Below, piece after piece: positions 8,481 through 16,859 of a stretch of 24,857 bases of DNA. Position 1 is the first letter of the stretch. Each line of letters begins with the position of its first letter. The stretch is from positions 1 to 24,857 of the IMG/VR virus record IMGVR_UViG_3300033407_000103, one strand, 5' to 3'. The notes below the pieces were generated by a model, which worked only from the letters and a program-made list of their open reading frames with translations, ran no database searches and had not been told where the DNA came from. A program made the position numbers and the translations under genes. This stretch comes from a virus. Lineage: Duplodnaviria; Caudoviricetes.

Positions 8481-9316
8481 TATGAATACCCTCCATAATT
8501 TGATAGTGCGATACTTGCAGCACCCATCGGTGTCTTTGATTTTAAGTCCGGAGTTTCCTTATCTTTATCGAAAGAAGCCATTTTATTTGAAAATCCAGGA
8601 GAAGGTGTGCTTTTTGTTGCTCTATCTATCAATGAAGCTCCGGCGATACTACTTACTGCAGATCCTACTGGACCAGCGATTTTACTTCCAATTCTTCCAA
8701 ATAATCCGGCTCCCGTGATAGCCGACCCAACAAGAGAAGTCCCGGCGGCTGCCGGTCCACCTGCTTTATACGATTTGTACGCATTATAGGCTGCACCAAG
8801 AGCAGGACTTACGGCAGATAGTCCAACAGATAATGTCGCATCAAACAATCCACCGGAACTTATAAAATGTCCGAAATTGCTCATCATCCCCTGACCAGCG
8901 TGAGAATATTCCCAGTCACCTGTAGGTCTTCCGAAAAAATCAGTGACCTCCTGCATCCCGGCATCCATTCCAGGTTGATCGGTTGGGTCTTCGCTACGAT
9001 CAGCCCATCCCTTATATGAATCAGGTCCGTACCCTGGCGCCTGGAAATCAGATGGACCACGGGATCCAAATCCATATGAACTACCTGGAGATGTCGGTCC
9101 TTCATTATTTGAAGGACCGTATTCGTCACTTGGCCCAGTACCCCAACCACCCAGTGATCCAAGACCTGTTGAGCTACCCGGAGATGTTGGACCAAACCCA
9201 CCATAGTCACTGACTCCGTAACTATCACCTGAATCCATACCGGAACCAGAATCAGGGCCATCGCCCCATCTTGGTGAGAATCTATCTTCTAGTTTGATCA
9301 GGTCAAAGATACTCAT
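8480..9316 (-). CDS. Putative ejection/pilot-type protein: Gly/Ser/Asp low-complexity N-half, hydrophobic Gly/Ala C-half, 278 aa
   Basis: Composition typical of podovirus DNA-injection proteins, GPTSPGSS repeated twice, and ATGA overlap with the upstream gene. Confidence 0.7.
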   Translation of the reverse strand: MSIFDLIKLEDRFSPRWGDGPDSGSGMDSGDSYGVSDYGGFGPTSPGSSTGLGSLGGWGTGPSDEYGPSNNEGPTSPGSSYGFGSRGPSDFQAPGYGPDSYKGWADRSEDPTDQPGMDAGMQEVTDFFGRPTGDWEYSHAGQGMMSNFGHFISSGGLFDATLSVGLSAVSPALGAAYNAYKSYKAGGPAAAGTSLVGSAITGAGLFGRIGSKIAGPVGSAVSSIAGASLIDRATKSTPSPGFSNKMASFDKDKETPDLKSKTPMGAASIALSNYGGYS

Positions 9317-10401
9317 ATCACCGGAATCCCTGTAAAGTCATAACTTGAGGTTACTGTTGCCAGATTCAATACTCTGTCGATAAGATTGGTTTTATCCACA
9401 GTTGTCATGTTCGGAAGAGTTTCGATTGTCATAATGGAGTTCTGCACCCACTGCTTCGTGCTGTAATTCCAGTTTCTTTCTTCGGCTGCAGCATCAATCG
9501 CATCCGTGAAAGTGAGCAGATCTTTCTTATTCGTAAGTTCAATCCCGGAAGACTGAATAAAGTAATCCAATGATCTCTGATGTGCTGCGACCGCTTGTTT
9601 CTCATCGTAATCATTGGCCACGGTAAGAATGGTAAGTTCGTTGGCAAGATCGGCATTCTTCGTCTGCAGGAGATACTGCTGTTGAATAGCATCACGTTGC
9701 AGCGTCCGGTCATTGCTTCGATTATCCAACCAATCGGTAAGTTCCGCCTCGTACCCGGTAAGACCGAACTTACTGTATGTCTCAGCATCGGGTTGAGCGA
9801 TCTGCAATGCGGCCTCAATTCTCGCTCTTTCAGCCGCTTCAGCGTATTGTGTGGAATTTACCATACCTCTGCCGGCAAACTGTTCACGAACGCGATCTTC
9901 GGCTGCACGGATATAAGGGTTATCGGATCTGAGAAGATCCTGGACCCGCTTCTCAACGAGCATCTGGTCTGTTACTTTACCCTGAGTGCTTGGCGTCGTT
10001 GGGGAAGCTGTAGGAGTCGGCGGGGCGACAGTGGTCGGTTTGTTGTTTAAAGCAGTAGAAACCAATCCCTTATTGCGGAGATCGACGAAACTGTTCTCAA
10101 CCTGTGCCGGAGTCTGGTTTCCGATCTGACCGGTATTCGGATCACCAGTGGTAAGATCCTTGTTCCAGTAGTCGTACTTTCGCTCACCTTCAGGCACTTC
10201 GGGAAAATACTTGTCATACAGTGACCCGACGATACCACGATTTGTAGAAATGGTATTGAAACTTTTCTCAACCTGTGATGTGTTCTGATTACCAGTGGTA
10301 AGATCCTTGTTCCAGTACGCATAGTCTCTCTGGTCTTTTGCGACACCAGGGAAATACTTGTCATACATCGAATCAATAAAAGCTGTATTATCGGTAGCCA
10401 T
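9313..10401 (-). CDS. Putative internal virion protein with two N-terminal DUF4214-like repeats and a helical C-terminus, 362 aa
   Basis: GAGGT SD. Two copies of S[ML]YDKYFP..(D)Y.YWNKDLTTG..Q..SF, then a Pro/Thr linker and an AGRGMVNST segment of the kind seen in ejection proteins. Confidence 0.75.
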   Translation of the reverse strand: MATDNTAFIDSMYDKYFPGVAKDQRDYAYWNKDLTTGNQNTSQVEKSFNTISTNRGIVGSLYDKYFPEVPEGERKYDYWNKDLTTGDPNTGQIGNQTPAQVENSFVDLRNKGLVSTALNNKPTTVAPPTPTASPTTPSTQGKVTDQMLVEKRVQDLLRSDNPYIRAAEDRVREQFAGRGMVNSTQYAEAAERARIEAALQIAQPDAETYSKFGLTGYEAELTDWLDNRSNDRTLQRDAIQQQYLLQTKNADLANELTILTVANDYDEKQAVAAHQRSLDYFIQSSGIELTNKKDLLTFTDAIDAAAEERNWNYSTKQWVQNSIMTIETLPNMTTVDKTNLIDRVLNLATVTSSYDFTGIPVI

Positions 10402-10420
10402 AATCTTACCTCATAATTCT

Positions 10421-12457
10421 TCAGTCGCTGTAGTGTATTATTATGCTATTAATTATAAAAGGTGCAATATAATCCGACTCACCATATACAAAAAATGCAA
10501 TATTTTCACCACTACCTTTCGTTTCGACTTCGAGTGGTGAAAGATTCTTTGAATCAAAAAAGAAGTTGTCCCAGGTCAAATTGTCGAACCGACCGTCCGA
10601 TAAGAATGAAGCATAATCGATAAGATCCGACTGCTCATACTCGATTGAGTCGTATCCGAGAGAATATCCGATACTGAGTTCAACGTAAGAAAAATTGAGC
10701 GCAGCTATTTCAAATGCTGACTTCCGATACCGTTTCTTTACTCTCGGGCTCCTGGAATGCGTATAATTCAGTGAGAGGAAGAACTCGATAGGATCACCAT
10801 CGAAAGAAGTTCCTCTATCCATCTGGTATACCATCCCATTGGTCGCACCAAAGAATATAACATTCTCACCGTCTGAGTTCTTCCCCTCGTAAGTACAGTA
10901 CGGGATATGACCGAGAGTAATAGGCATTGCACCACGGTACTTACCGTTGACGATTGTGCAATACAGGGCATCGCCGTTATTAAAAAACAGACGATATTGA
11001 GATTTTTCCCTATTCAAAACTGATGCGGAAACCTTTCCGACATGATCCTGAATATAAGGAAGTATCCGGTCCGTAAATGTTGATTGCGTAAAATTCCCAA
11101 ATGAAAAGGTAGTTTTAATGCTCTCAAGGCCTCGATCATCAAAGGCGAGTGAATCCCTCATGTTCTGCAGACTGAACGGTACAGCGCCAAGTCCAATGTC
11201 ATATTGCACAAAATTAAAATCGGTAGAAGTCGTACCATACAGGATGCCACGTTTCGACCGGTTGTATACCGCAAGAGCAGAAACCGTGTTGTCCCCAGGC
11301 ATCACCAGGAACCCGGTAACATAGTCGCCGGTAGGAATACTGCCGCCGCCCTCAGTTGAAGTGAAAATATACGGTAAAGCAGCCTTTGAATACGAAAGAG
11401 ATGTCCCGATACCGAGGATCAGAAAATCCCTGAACTTCACAATATGACTCGGGTTATCGATCGTTGCTGTTGAGTTAATTGGGACATATACGTCACCATC
11501 AAACTCGAAAGCCTTATTGATCCCATCACATCCGTACAGTTTCTTTTCGGACTCGAAACCTGAAAAATTCTCCGTAATGATCTCATATCGACCATTTGGA
11601 AGAATGGTGATCTGAGCATCCGCAGCCAGGAGATTAACCGTAGTTGTACCAATTGTCGCGGCACCGGCCACAAATGAACCCCCGGTAGGTTCCTCAATGA
11701 TGAAACGGCCTGCAGCATCAGAACCAGCGAATGACCCGGATTCAAGAACTACTCTCTTGATTTCCGAAGTAACCCCACCCTGTGTCAGCGTATCGCCATC
11801 AGAAGGAGTTGCAACAGCGCCGGTATCGAAACTCACTGTCCAGTATAACGGAACCTGGACCCACCCGGACGCCGATGATTTGTATATGTCAACACCATCA
11901 GCCGCCAGGTTGTTCTTGAAGATATAAACGGTATCGCCCAACATAGATATGCCACGGATTGCGCCGGAACCCGGCGGCGCTTCAATATCCGCACGATAGA
12001 TATCAGCTACAGCATTCAGAAACTGAGCATACTTCTGCGGAGTTGCCGGACCTGCTTCGGCATCATCGATCGTACCAATCACAGTGGCGCCGGCATCAGT
12101 GGTAATCTCTTCTTCCTCAAATGTCCCGGTTATTTTCGTCAGCCCGAGATAGAGTCCGTCAATAATAGCAATTGTCGCAGTGGCGCCGGAGATACTTCCC
12201 TCGATCTCATCACCGACATTCGGCGTATTCGTAAATGACGCAACAGTTACCATCGTCTTATCAATTGAGGTATCCGAAGGCGGAGTTTGACCATCGAACC
12301 GTTCATATCCTTCGATGCGTCTTGCCCCACCGTTTACCCCAATCTCGAAGTTCAGTGCGAGTTTACAGAAACCATTTGGTAACGATAGGGTCGGGGTGAC
12401 TTGATCAAGCCCACCGTCAACCAGGATCGTATCGAATTTTATGCCTGGAAATCTCAT
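10421..12457 (-). CDS. Tail nozzle / tail tubular protein B-like (P22 gp10 / T7 gp12 analogue), 678 aa
   Basis: Begins with GGLD...P, is beta-rich and ends in KKRYRK...INSIIIHY. Size and position right after the adaptor fit this call; ATGA overlap. Confidence 0.8.
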   Translation of the reverse strand: MRFPGIKFDTILVDGGLDQVTPTLSLPNGFCKLALNFEIGVNGGARRIEGYERFDGQTPPSDTSIDKTMVTVASFTNTPNVGDEIEGSISGATATIAIIDGLYLGLTKITGTFEEEEITTDAGATVIGTIDDAEAGPATPQKYAQFLNAVADIYRADIEAPPGSGAIRGISMLGDTVYIFKNNLAADGVDIYKSSASGWVQVPLYWTVSFDTGAVATPSDGDTLTQGGVTSEIKRVVLESGSFAGSDAAGRFIIEEPTGGSFVAGAATIGTTTVNLLAADAQITILPNGRYEIITENFSGFESEKKLYGCDGINKAFEFDGDVYVPINSTATIDNPSHIVKFRDFLILGIGTSLSYSKAALPYIFTSTEGGGSIPTGDYVTGFLVMPGDNTVSALAVYNRSKRGILYGTTSTDFNFVQYDIGLGAVPFSLQNMRDSLAFDDRGLESIKTTFSFGNFTQSTFTDRILPYIQDHVGKVSASVLNREKSQYRLFFNNGDALYCTIVNGKYRGAMPITLGHIPYCTYEGKNSDGENVIFFGATNGMVYQMDRGTSFDGDPIEFFLSLNYTHSRSPRVKKRYRKSAFEIAALNFSYVELSIGYSLGYDSIEYEQSDLIDYASFLSDGRFDNLTWDNFFFDSKNLSPLEVETKGSGENIAFFVYGESDYIAPFIINSIIIHYSD

Positions 12458-13140
12458 ACCAGAGAACCAACCACCCTAATTTGTGGTAACTTATTGAGCA
12501 TCAATTTGTTCATATAAAACGAAGAAAGTTCTTTTCCTCGATCATAAACTTCCGGAGCTGCCTCGAATGCGCCGTAACTAATCATGGCTTCGGCAACAGG
12601 CAGCATGTGAAACTGTGAAGGGAGGATGATGGAATCAGTGTCATCAGTTGGTAACTGAGGGATCTTATAGTAATCACCCTTCACCGTATACACATCATCA
12701 GGAGGAAGGCCCAGTATGATTGAATCGTCCGGGGCGAACGTTATCGCAGTGGGCCTTGAATAACTGGTTAATTGCGATCCGTACAAATAAAGATCGCGGA
12801 ATGTATCGTAGTCGAACTCTTCCAGAAATGTCTCATCTGCCTCAGTACCAGAAGTTAGGAATATCCTGAACGTCTGTTTCTTCCATGAAGAGAAACCAGC
12901 GGAAATCCCTATTTCAGTAGTGGTATATGACTGTTGGTTTGCAACCGTATCAAATGTCATTGAAGTGCGGAGAAAGTCAAATCCCGCCTCAATACATTGC
13001 ATCTGCACTTTCTCAAGTGCTTGAAGATACCAATCGACCAGGCGTTTTAATTCGCCGGTCTGATTGACAACAGTGGTCGGCCCGGAGCCGGGGATACCAC
13101 ACTCCTGACGTAGACGTTGAACACTCTGTAGAAAGTTCAT
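12454..13140 (-). CDS. Head-tail adaptor (phage adaptor / gatekeeper protein), 228 aa
   Basis: MNFLQ.VQRLRQECG start, T.ANQQSY, P.DDVY.V..DYY, LP.QFH pattern; lies between the capsid block and the nozzle. Confidence 0.75.
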   Translation of the reverse strand: MNFLQSVQRLRQECGIPGSGPTTVVNQTGELKRLVDWYLQALEKVQMQCIEAGFDFLRTSMTFDTVANQQSYTTTEIGISAGFSSWKKQTFRIFLTSGTEADETFLEEFDYDTFRDLYLYGSQLTSYSRPTAITFAPDDSIILGLPPDDVYTVKGDYYKIPQLPTDDTDSIILPSQFHMLPVAEAMISYGAFEAAPEVYDRGKELSSFYMNKLMLNKLPQIRVVGSLV

Positions 13141-13601
13141 ACTAACTCAGCAAGCCGGCCACGTAACCACTCGTTGCCTTTGGGATTTTTATCTTCAATA
13201 ACCATGAACGGATATTTCAACGATGATGTCTGTCGAATCGCGAATGAGCGTTCGCCGTTCTGTAGTTGGATTTCCGGAGTTGATACGTTCGTTGATTTCA
13301 CAATAAGAGAATCGACGAACTTTCGTTTTGTACGACAAGGGATACCTCTCGGGAAATATACCTGCTGTCCGTTTACACCGGCGAATACAGGATTTTCGGC
13401 ATTCTTATCGGTTGTCTCGTTAACAATGATGGTCATTTCCTCTTCCATGAATGCAAGAGCATCAAGATATCTCTTGTGCAATATCGCGGGGTCCATGCCC
13501 TTGACTCTGTTATGATCAGGCTCATCGACACCTACCAATAAGATATCGTCCTGTTGCCCTAATTGAACTGATGAAGCATCGAACTCTTGTTTTTTTGCCA
13601 T
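13137..13601 (-). CDS. Conserved-looking phage morphogenesis protein, 154 aa
   Basis: Strong GGAGG SD. FMEE...GVNG...PRG...RKFV...YPF..IEDKNPKG..WL pattern, recalled from the same locus in related phages. Confidence 0.8.
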   Translation of the reverse strand: MAKKQEFDASSVQLGQQDDILLVGVDEPDHNRVKGMDPAILHKRYLDALAFMEEEMTIIVNETTDKNAENPVFAGVNGQQVYFPRGIPCRTKRKFVDSLIVKSTNVSTPEIQLQNGERSFAIRQTSSLKYPFMVIEDKNPKGNEWLRGRLAELV

Positions 13602-13629
13602 GACTTTTAATCCTCCGATTAAAGTTTAG

Positions 13630-13661
13630 AAAAAGGGTAGCCCGGATCACCAGGCTACCCT
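13630..13661 (-). terminator. Rho-independent terminator ending the capsid/decoration transcript
   Basis: Minus strand reads GGGTAGCCTGG-TGAT-CCGGGCTACCC-TTTTT: an 11-bp stem with one G-U pair and a U-tract, ~17 nt after the stop of 13678..14157. Confidence 0.88.
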
Positions 13662-13677
13662 GTGCATCATTATGCTA

Positions 13678-14157
13678 CTACGCTACCTGCGGTCTGTTTG
13701 GCAATGTGAAAACATTGACAATCGCGTTCGTGAAACCGGTAGCATTCCAATTGCTTGAACCAATCGTAATTGTTCCAGCGGTCGAACCGGCTTTCAGTAC
13801 CTGATACGCAAATGGTGTCAATGTATCAGGAATGCTCGGAAATTCTGGAGCGATAATGAAATTTCCAGCAGCATCAAGGCTCTGAACTTCACTCTGGGCA
13901 ACAGATACAGTCCCAGAAGCATTGAGGCACCAAACCAGAACACAACCCTGGCTGGCGGTAAGAGTTTTAAATGCTACCCCGGTATTTGTGTCAGTCGTCG
14001 GAGTAGCACCGTCAGTTACGGCATCCTTTGAATATGCCTTACCATTAACACAAAAACCAATAGCCACTGTGGTATCATACACAGTTTCGGCGCCGGTTGC
14101 GGTAAGAGCCCCACTTGTCGTGCAGAAATTTGCACCATAAAGATCTGAAGGATTCAT
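13678..14157 (-). CDS. Putative capsid decoration/cement protein, 159 aa
   Basis: AAGGAG SD, Thr/Ala/Gly-rich beta protein, located between the major capsid gene and the terminator. Confidence 0.7.
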   Translation of the reverse strand: MNPSDLYGANFCTTSGALTATGAETVYDTTVAIGFCVNGKAYSKDAVTDGATPTTDTNTGVAFKTLTASQGCVLVWCLNASGTVSVAQSEVQSLDAAGNFIIAPEFPSIPDTLTPFAYQVLKAGSTAGTITIGSSNWNATGFTNAIVNVFTLPNRPQVA

Positions 14158-14174
14158 TGATTGTTTCTCCTTTG

Positions 14175-14687
14175 TTAAATTTCAGCGTTATAAGCAACAG
14201 CGCCGGTATCGTCAATATATACCGCATTTGGTACGACTGTTGCGTCATCAAGAGCAGTAGTGCCACCTACAAAGTTACCGGTCCCTGTCGGATTGATGAT
14301 CACAAAACCAATTACACAGTGAGAGTCATCGATCTTCGGGAACTTTACCGTAGCAAGACTTGCCCCTGCAGTACCCATCGTTGTTACCAGGGTGCCGGCA
14401 GAGTTGACGGTAAAAACGAAAACATTGAAAGTAGCATTTACCACGGTTCCGGATAAAGCGGCCATATCGGTAGCAGCCGCTTTCGTAACGAGTTTACCAT
14501 TCACCAGGCCGTACCAGGCGGCAGCGCCGGTTTTAACTACAGCACTGCCACCCGCTTTGATTACAAGACCGGCGTCCGACAACGAAACGGATTTCAAGCG
14601 TTTATAAACACCCTCAAGAATGTTATATACCGCCTGACCGTCACGTTTATCGGCAATCGCCGCTACTTCATTTACGAGTTTTATCAT
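14175..14687 (-). CDS. Putative capsid decoration/cement protein, 170 aa
   Basis: GGAGG SD upstream, immediately after the major capsid gene. Shares NGK..K.A, NxxGT and FP.I.D motifs with 13678..14157. Confidence 0.7.
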   Translation of the reverse strand: MIKLVNEVAAIADKRDGQAVYNILEGVYKRLKSVSLSDAGLVIKAGGSAVVKTGAAAWYGLVNGKLVTKAAATDMAALSGTVVNATFNVFVFTVNSAGTLVTTMGTAGASLATVKFPKIDDSHCVIGFVIINPTGTGNFVGGTTALDDATVVPNAVYIDDTGAVAYNAEI

Positions 14688-14702
14688 TGTCCATACCTCC
14701 TA

Positions 14703-15776
14703 TTAATCAGTAAGTACAGAAGCGCCGACCTCGGCAACAGCCATATGGTACTGATTGAGTAGAACAGCGGTAAAATATGTAGAACCGCCGCAGTAACCAC
14801 GTTGACCAGTTGGATCGTTCTTGTCGATCTTACCTGGAGGCAGGTTGTATACCTCAAGCGCACTGGCGCCACGAAGCGCAACATCACCCCAGGCATCACG
14901 ACCGGCAACCACTACCTGATAAACGTCTGAGTAGGTGCCACCGGTTGTCACAAGACCATCGGCTGCAGCAGTTGAACTGGTAGCGGCATTCTGAACACTG
15001 ATAAGCTCAGGGCTTGCGATAATGCGGAACTCCTCGACGGAACCGAACTCATACGGAGAAACGGCTTTCATTGTTCCGTACTTCGATACCGGGACGAATC
15101 CAGGAATATCACGGGCATCCGGTTTCAGATCAGTGTGAATGAATACGAAGAAGGCAGGCTCAACAGCACTTGTACCGTACTTGGTACTCGCGGCCAGGAT
15201 CTGAGTCACTTTCTCGGTATGGTTCACATCAAGAGACTTGGTAATCTTCCGCAAAAGTTTGAGGCTCAGTTTACCATTCACAGTGGCGCGAGAGGTTCCA
15301 GTACCGCCGTAGAACTTGTTGGTGCATCCCTTGATAACACCGAAACGAACCATCTCGCGGACCAGGGCGATTCGTTCACCGGTCTGCATCTTCATCTCAC
15401 TCGGAACATCGTCTTCGTAGAGATCAGCAGTACGCTTCGTGTAACCGAACAGAACGGAATACTCGTCAAGAGTCGCGGTAATATCCTGAGGAGTAAGGGT
15501 TTCCGCATTCGGTGTAATGCCTTCAGACACAAGATAACTTTGTGCATAAGCGTTTCCACGATCACCGGAAGCATCAGCAAACAACTGGTTCGGTGCGGAA
15601 GTGGTAGCGTTTTTCGGCAACCACCGACGAAAAACAACAGTATCACCACTGTTCTTCGGCATAGGTTTTGTATTACCGATGAGGCCCAATACCTCACGGG
15701 GAACAGAATGTTTGAGAATTTCACCTTTGAGTTTTCCAATCCTCGCAGCGGGTGAAAGAGAGTTTTGCAAAGCCAT
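14703..15776 (-). CDS. Major capsid protein, N4-gp56 family (HK97 fold), 357 aa
   Basis: AAGGAG SD. KPMPKNSGDTVVFRR, EGITP, IHTDL, EFGSVEEFRII and DKNDPTGQRGY motifs are characteristic of this family. Confidence 0.92.
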   Translation of the reverse strand: MALQNSLSPAARIGKLKGEILKHSVPREVLGLIGNTKPMPKNSGDTVVFRRWLPKNATTSAPNQLFADASGDRGNAYAQSYLVSEGITPNAETLTPQDITATLDEYSVLFGYTKRTADLYEDDVPSEMKMQTGERIALVREMVRFGVIKGCTNKFYGGTGTSRATVNGKLSLKLLRKITKSLDVNHTEKVTQILAASTKYGTSAVEPAFFVFIHTDLKPDARDIPGFVPVSKYGTMKAVSPYEFGSVEEFRIIASPELISVQNAATSSTAAADGLVTTGGTYSDVYQVVVAGRDAWGDVALRGASALEVYNLPPGKIDKNDPTGQRGYCGGSTYFTAVLLNQYHMAVAEVGASVLTD

Positions 15777-15787
15777 GATATTTCTCC

Positions 15788-16615
15788 TTATAATTGAGAG
15801 TTAAACGCCGCTTCCATAGCGGCCTCTTCATCAGTTGTTTTTAGATCGGTCTTCCTCTTATCACCACTTGGTGTAAGAGCAGCCTCCAATCGTTTTTGAC
15901 GCTCCATTTTCTCAGAAGTCGGCCCGGATGGGGGTGGTTCAGGTTCCTTTTTCGACGTTTCTTTGAATTTGGAGATCATACTTGAAACAAAATCAGCATC
16001 CCAGGAGTTGTTGAAATAATATTGATCACCCTTGGATTGAGTCTTCATGAAATTCACAAACTCAGTAGCATGCACCACTTTTTCCCAATCTGGATGATCG
16101 CGTTTCAACAATCGCAGTTCAACCAGTTGTTCCGTTGTGAATTCTGGTTCCTCAGTGGTCGCTGATTGCGGCCTGGCGGGAGGTTGTTCCCCATCGGTCG
16201 CTGATTGCGGCCTGGCGGGATGTTCCTCTTCAGAATCACCAAAAAGTAGTTTCGCAAGATCCGGGTAATCATTCGTAAGATTTTCCTTTGCCTTTGGAGA
16301 CAAGGCGGTCGCATGTTTCTTGATACGATCCTCGATGCTTCCGATTCTCCCATGAAACGTATCGCGCATCTTATAGATAGTTTCCTCAAGAGTCTTGAAG
16401 CGTTCTCCGATCACATCACGTTCCGGTTCAGGAGTAACAGCAGGTTCAGCCGCCGCCGGGACTTCTGGTTCTTCTACTGCAGGAGCAGCAGGTAACTCAT
16501 GCTCGGTCGGGACTACTGGTTCTTCTACTGCAGGAGCAGCAGGTAACTCGGGCTCCTTACCAGTAAAACCGGACTCCATCATTGCATCCATCTCATCTTC
16601 ACTGATCTTACTCAT
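15788..16615 (-). CDS. Capsid scaffolding protein, 275 aa
   Basis: Acidic, Pro-rich N-terminus, coiled coil, HPDW motif and EEAAMEAAF C-terminus. AAGGAG SD, directly upstream of the major capsid gene. Confidence 0.8.
   Translation of the reverse strand: MSKISEDEMDAMMESGFTGKEPELPAAPAVEEPVVPTEHELPAAPAVEEPEVPAAAEPAVTPEPERDVIGERFKTLEETIYKMRDTFHGRIGSIEDRIKKHATALSPKAKENLTNDYPDLAKLLFGDSEEEHPARPQSATDGEQPPARPQSATTEEPEFTTEQLVELRLLKRDHPDWEKVVHATEFVNFMKTQSKGDQYYFNNSWDADFVSSMISKFKETSKKEPEPPPSGPTSEKMERQKRLEAALTPSGDKRKTDLKTTDEEAAMEAAFNSQL
16157..16220. repeat. 25-bp perfect direct repeat (PARPQSAT x2) in the scaffold gene
   Basis: ggtcgctgattgcggcctggcggga at 16157-16181 and 16196-16220. Confidence 0.9.
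16465..16549. repeat. 34-bp perfect direct repeat (ELPAAPAVEEP x2) in the scaffold gene
   Basis: ctggttcttctactgcaggagcagcaggtaactc at 16465-16498 and 16516-16549. Confidence 0.9.
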
Positions 16616-16628
16616 ATCATCTCTCCTT

Positions 16629-16859
16629 TTACATGGCTTTGAAATCTGTCATGTCATCCTCGGCCCATCCGAGGATCTCCTTGTATGCGGCAATTTTGCC
16701 CCTTAAAAAAGCTGTACCGGTAGACTCCAGATCAACATTATCGTTCTTCACTCTCGCCACATCTCGTCTTTCGGCAATCTGTTTTGAGAGTTTCAACCAC
16801 AATGCGGAATGGATTTCTATCGATTCCAGCTTAAAACTATTTTTGAAATGCTTGTCCAT
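16629..16859 (-). CDS. Small helical protein between portal and scaffold (Bbp19-like position), 76 aa
   Basis: S.LW.KL...R..ND...TA.LRG.IA..K.IL pattern, typical of this locus; overlaps the portal 3' end. Confidence 0.75.
   Translation of the reverse strand: MDKHFKNSFKLESIEIHSALWLKLSKQIAERRDVARVKNDNVDLESTGTAFLRGKIAAYKEILGWAEDDMTDFKAM

Noticed and set aside
10406-10423. Genome-wide TGA recoding (alternative genetic code)
   Set aside because: Many genes end in TGA within ATGA start/stop overlaps (e.g. 7446, 9313, 12454, 13137, 19719, 20099), and the long ORFs are intact under the standard code.
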